This document shows, in pieces, positions 63,095 through 64,000 of a stretch of 64,000 nucleotides of DNA (its first letter is position 1; each line of letters starts with the position of its first letter). The notes beneath the pieces were generated by a model, which was not told the DNA's origin, searched no databases, and saw only the letters and a program-made list of their open reading frames with translations. A program made the translations under genes and the position numbers. The stretch comes from Felis catus (taxonomy: Eukaryota): assembly GCF_018350175.1 (NCBI RefSeq), contig NC_058368.1, forward strand, positions 201,440,001 through 201,504,000. The letters run 5' to 3'.

Positions 63095-63480
63095 TTAAGT
63101 GTCAGTGTCCCTAGGAACACTACTTGAAACAAGAATTCATGTGCAAGGGATTTATTGAGGAAGCATTCTGCTCCCAAGAGAATTCGCTAAGCAACAAGGG
63201 GAAGAAGATGAAGTCAGGTAAGATGTGATCTGAGAAAAAGTCTCAGCCTCAGCCTGATCCTCCAGGTGAGCTCTGGAATGTGAATTATACCTAGGAGTTT
63301 GTCTTAATTTTTCCTCCAACAGTCATTGGCAAAGGACTTGGCAAGGGGAGGGACAAACCTAAATCCTATGAGCTTGCAGAAGTCAAAGAAGCCAAAAAAC
63401 ACAGAAGCTGGGATAAAGGCACAAAGACATGGTCGAAGTCTTCCAGGATCTGGGCAGAGCACCAACAGAGACAACTATAG
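63095..63480 (-). mobile_element. ERVL solo LTR (LTR16/LTR33-like)
   Basis: TCCCTAGGAAC...AACAAGAATTCATGTGCAAGGGATTTATTGAGGAAG...GAGCTCTGGAATGTGAATTA. Confidence 0.65.
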
Positions 63481-64000
63481 GTGCCATACAAATGCCACTT
63501 TTCAAATAATCCATGAAGTTGTCCTCAGACAAGCTTATCAGGATCCCCGTAGGGGGTTGAATTACTCTTGTGGCACAGTTCTTATTCTGCCTTGAGCTCT
63601 GTGGATTTGGGTTACTTGTCTTCTAATTACCTTAAGAGCAGTCGGTGTTTATGTCTTATTCATTATTTCAGTCTTTCAAGTATCTATCCAAGTGGCTTGC
63701 TTTAAGTACATAAGCAATAAAAAGTCACTGATTTGAAAAAGGGAGAGACAAACACATTTGAATGGGGTCCACAATGGACCCATCTTGTTAGCAAATTCTT
63801 CAATGTAACAAATATTCTTAGAATAAAATTTCATTATTATTTCTAGATAAGGGAATCAACTAGAAACCAAAAGTAAAGAATCACTTATTAAGTCAATAAA
63901 TGAAATCATAAGCTCAAAGAGTGAAACTCCTAGAAGAATTTGGGTTCTAAGTTTTTCAGAGCCCAAAAGAAGGATGAGCTGACTTCCTGGTAACTCCCTT

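Noticed and set aside
1..64000. A novel multi-gene system, operon or CRISPR-like array
   Set aside because: No credible coding genes. The recurring roughly 200-bp repeats are dispersed CanSINEs with TSDs, not regularly spaced repeats with spacers.

Overview
This is AT-rich, CpG-depleted mammalian genomic DNA, almost certainly felid: it carries 27 tRNA-derived carnivore SINEs (CanSINEs), most of the feline SINEC_Fc type, and a young carnivore L1 3' end. I find no credible protein-coding exon, RNA gene, CpG island or CRISPR array. The supplied ORFs are SINE-derived, low-complexity or chance ORFs. The window is intronic or intergenic sequence built of CanSINEs (many with readable target-site duplications, TSDs), old L1/L2/MIR fragments, MaLR and ERVL LTRs, one probable hAT relic and microsatellites, separated by a few blocks with no recognisable repeat that may be regulatory. 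I see no new multi-gene biological system. The best observations are a site hit twice by SINEs with a chimeric insert (10.5-10.9 kb), a nested tail-to-tail inverted SINE pair (26.7-27.1 kb), a CpG-rich NRF1-motif tract inside a decayed SINE (29.4 kb), an exact 34-bp tandem duplication (26.1 kb) and two motif-dense candidate enhancers (25.8 kb, 50.8 kb). Repeat family names come from recalled consensus sequences, not a database search, and boundaries of old repeats are approximate.
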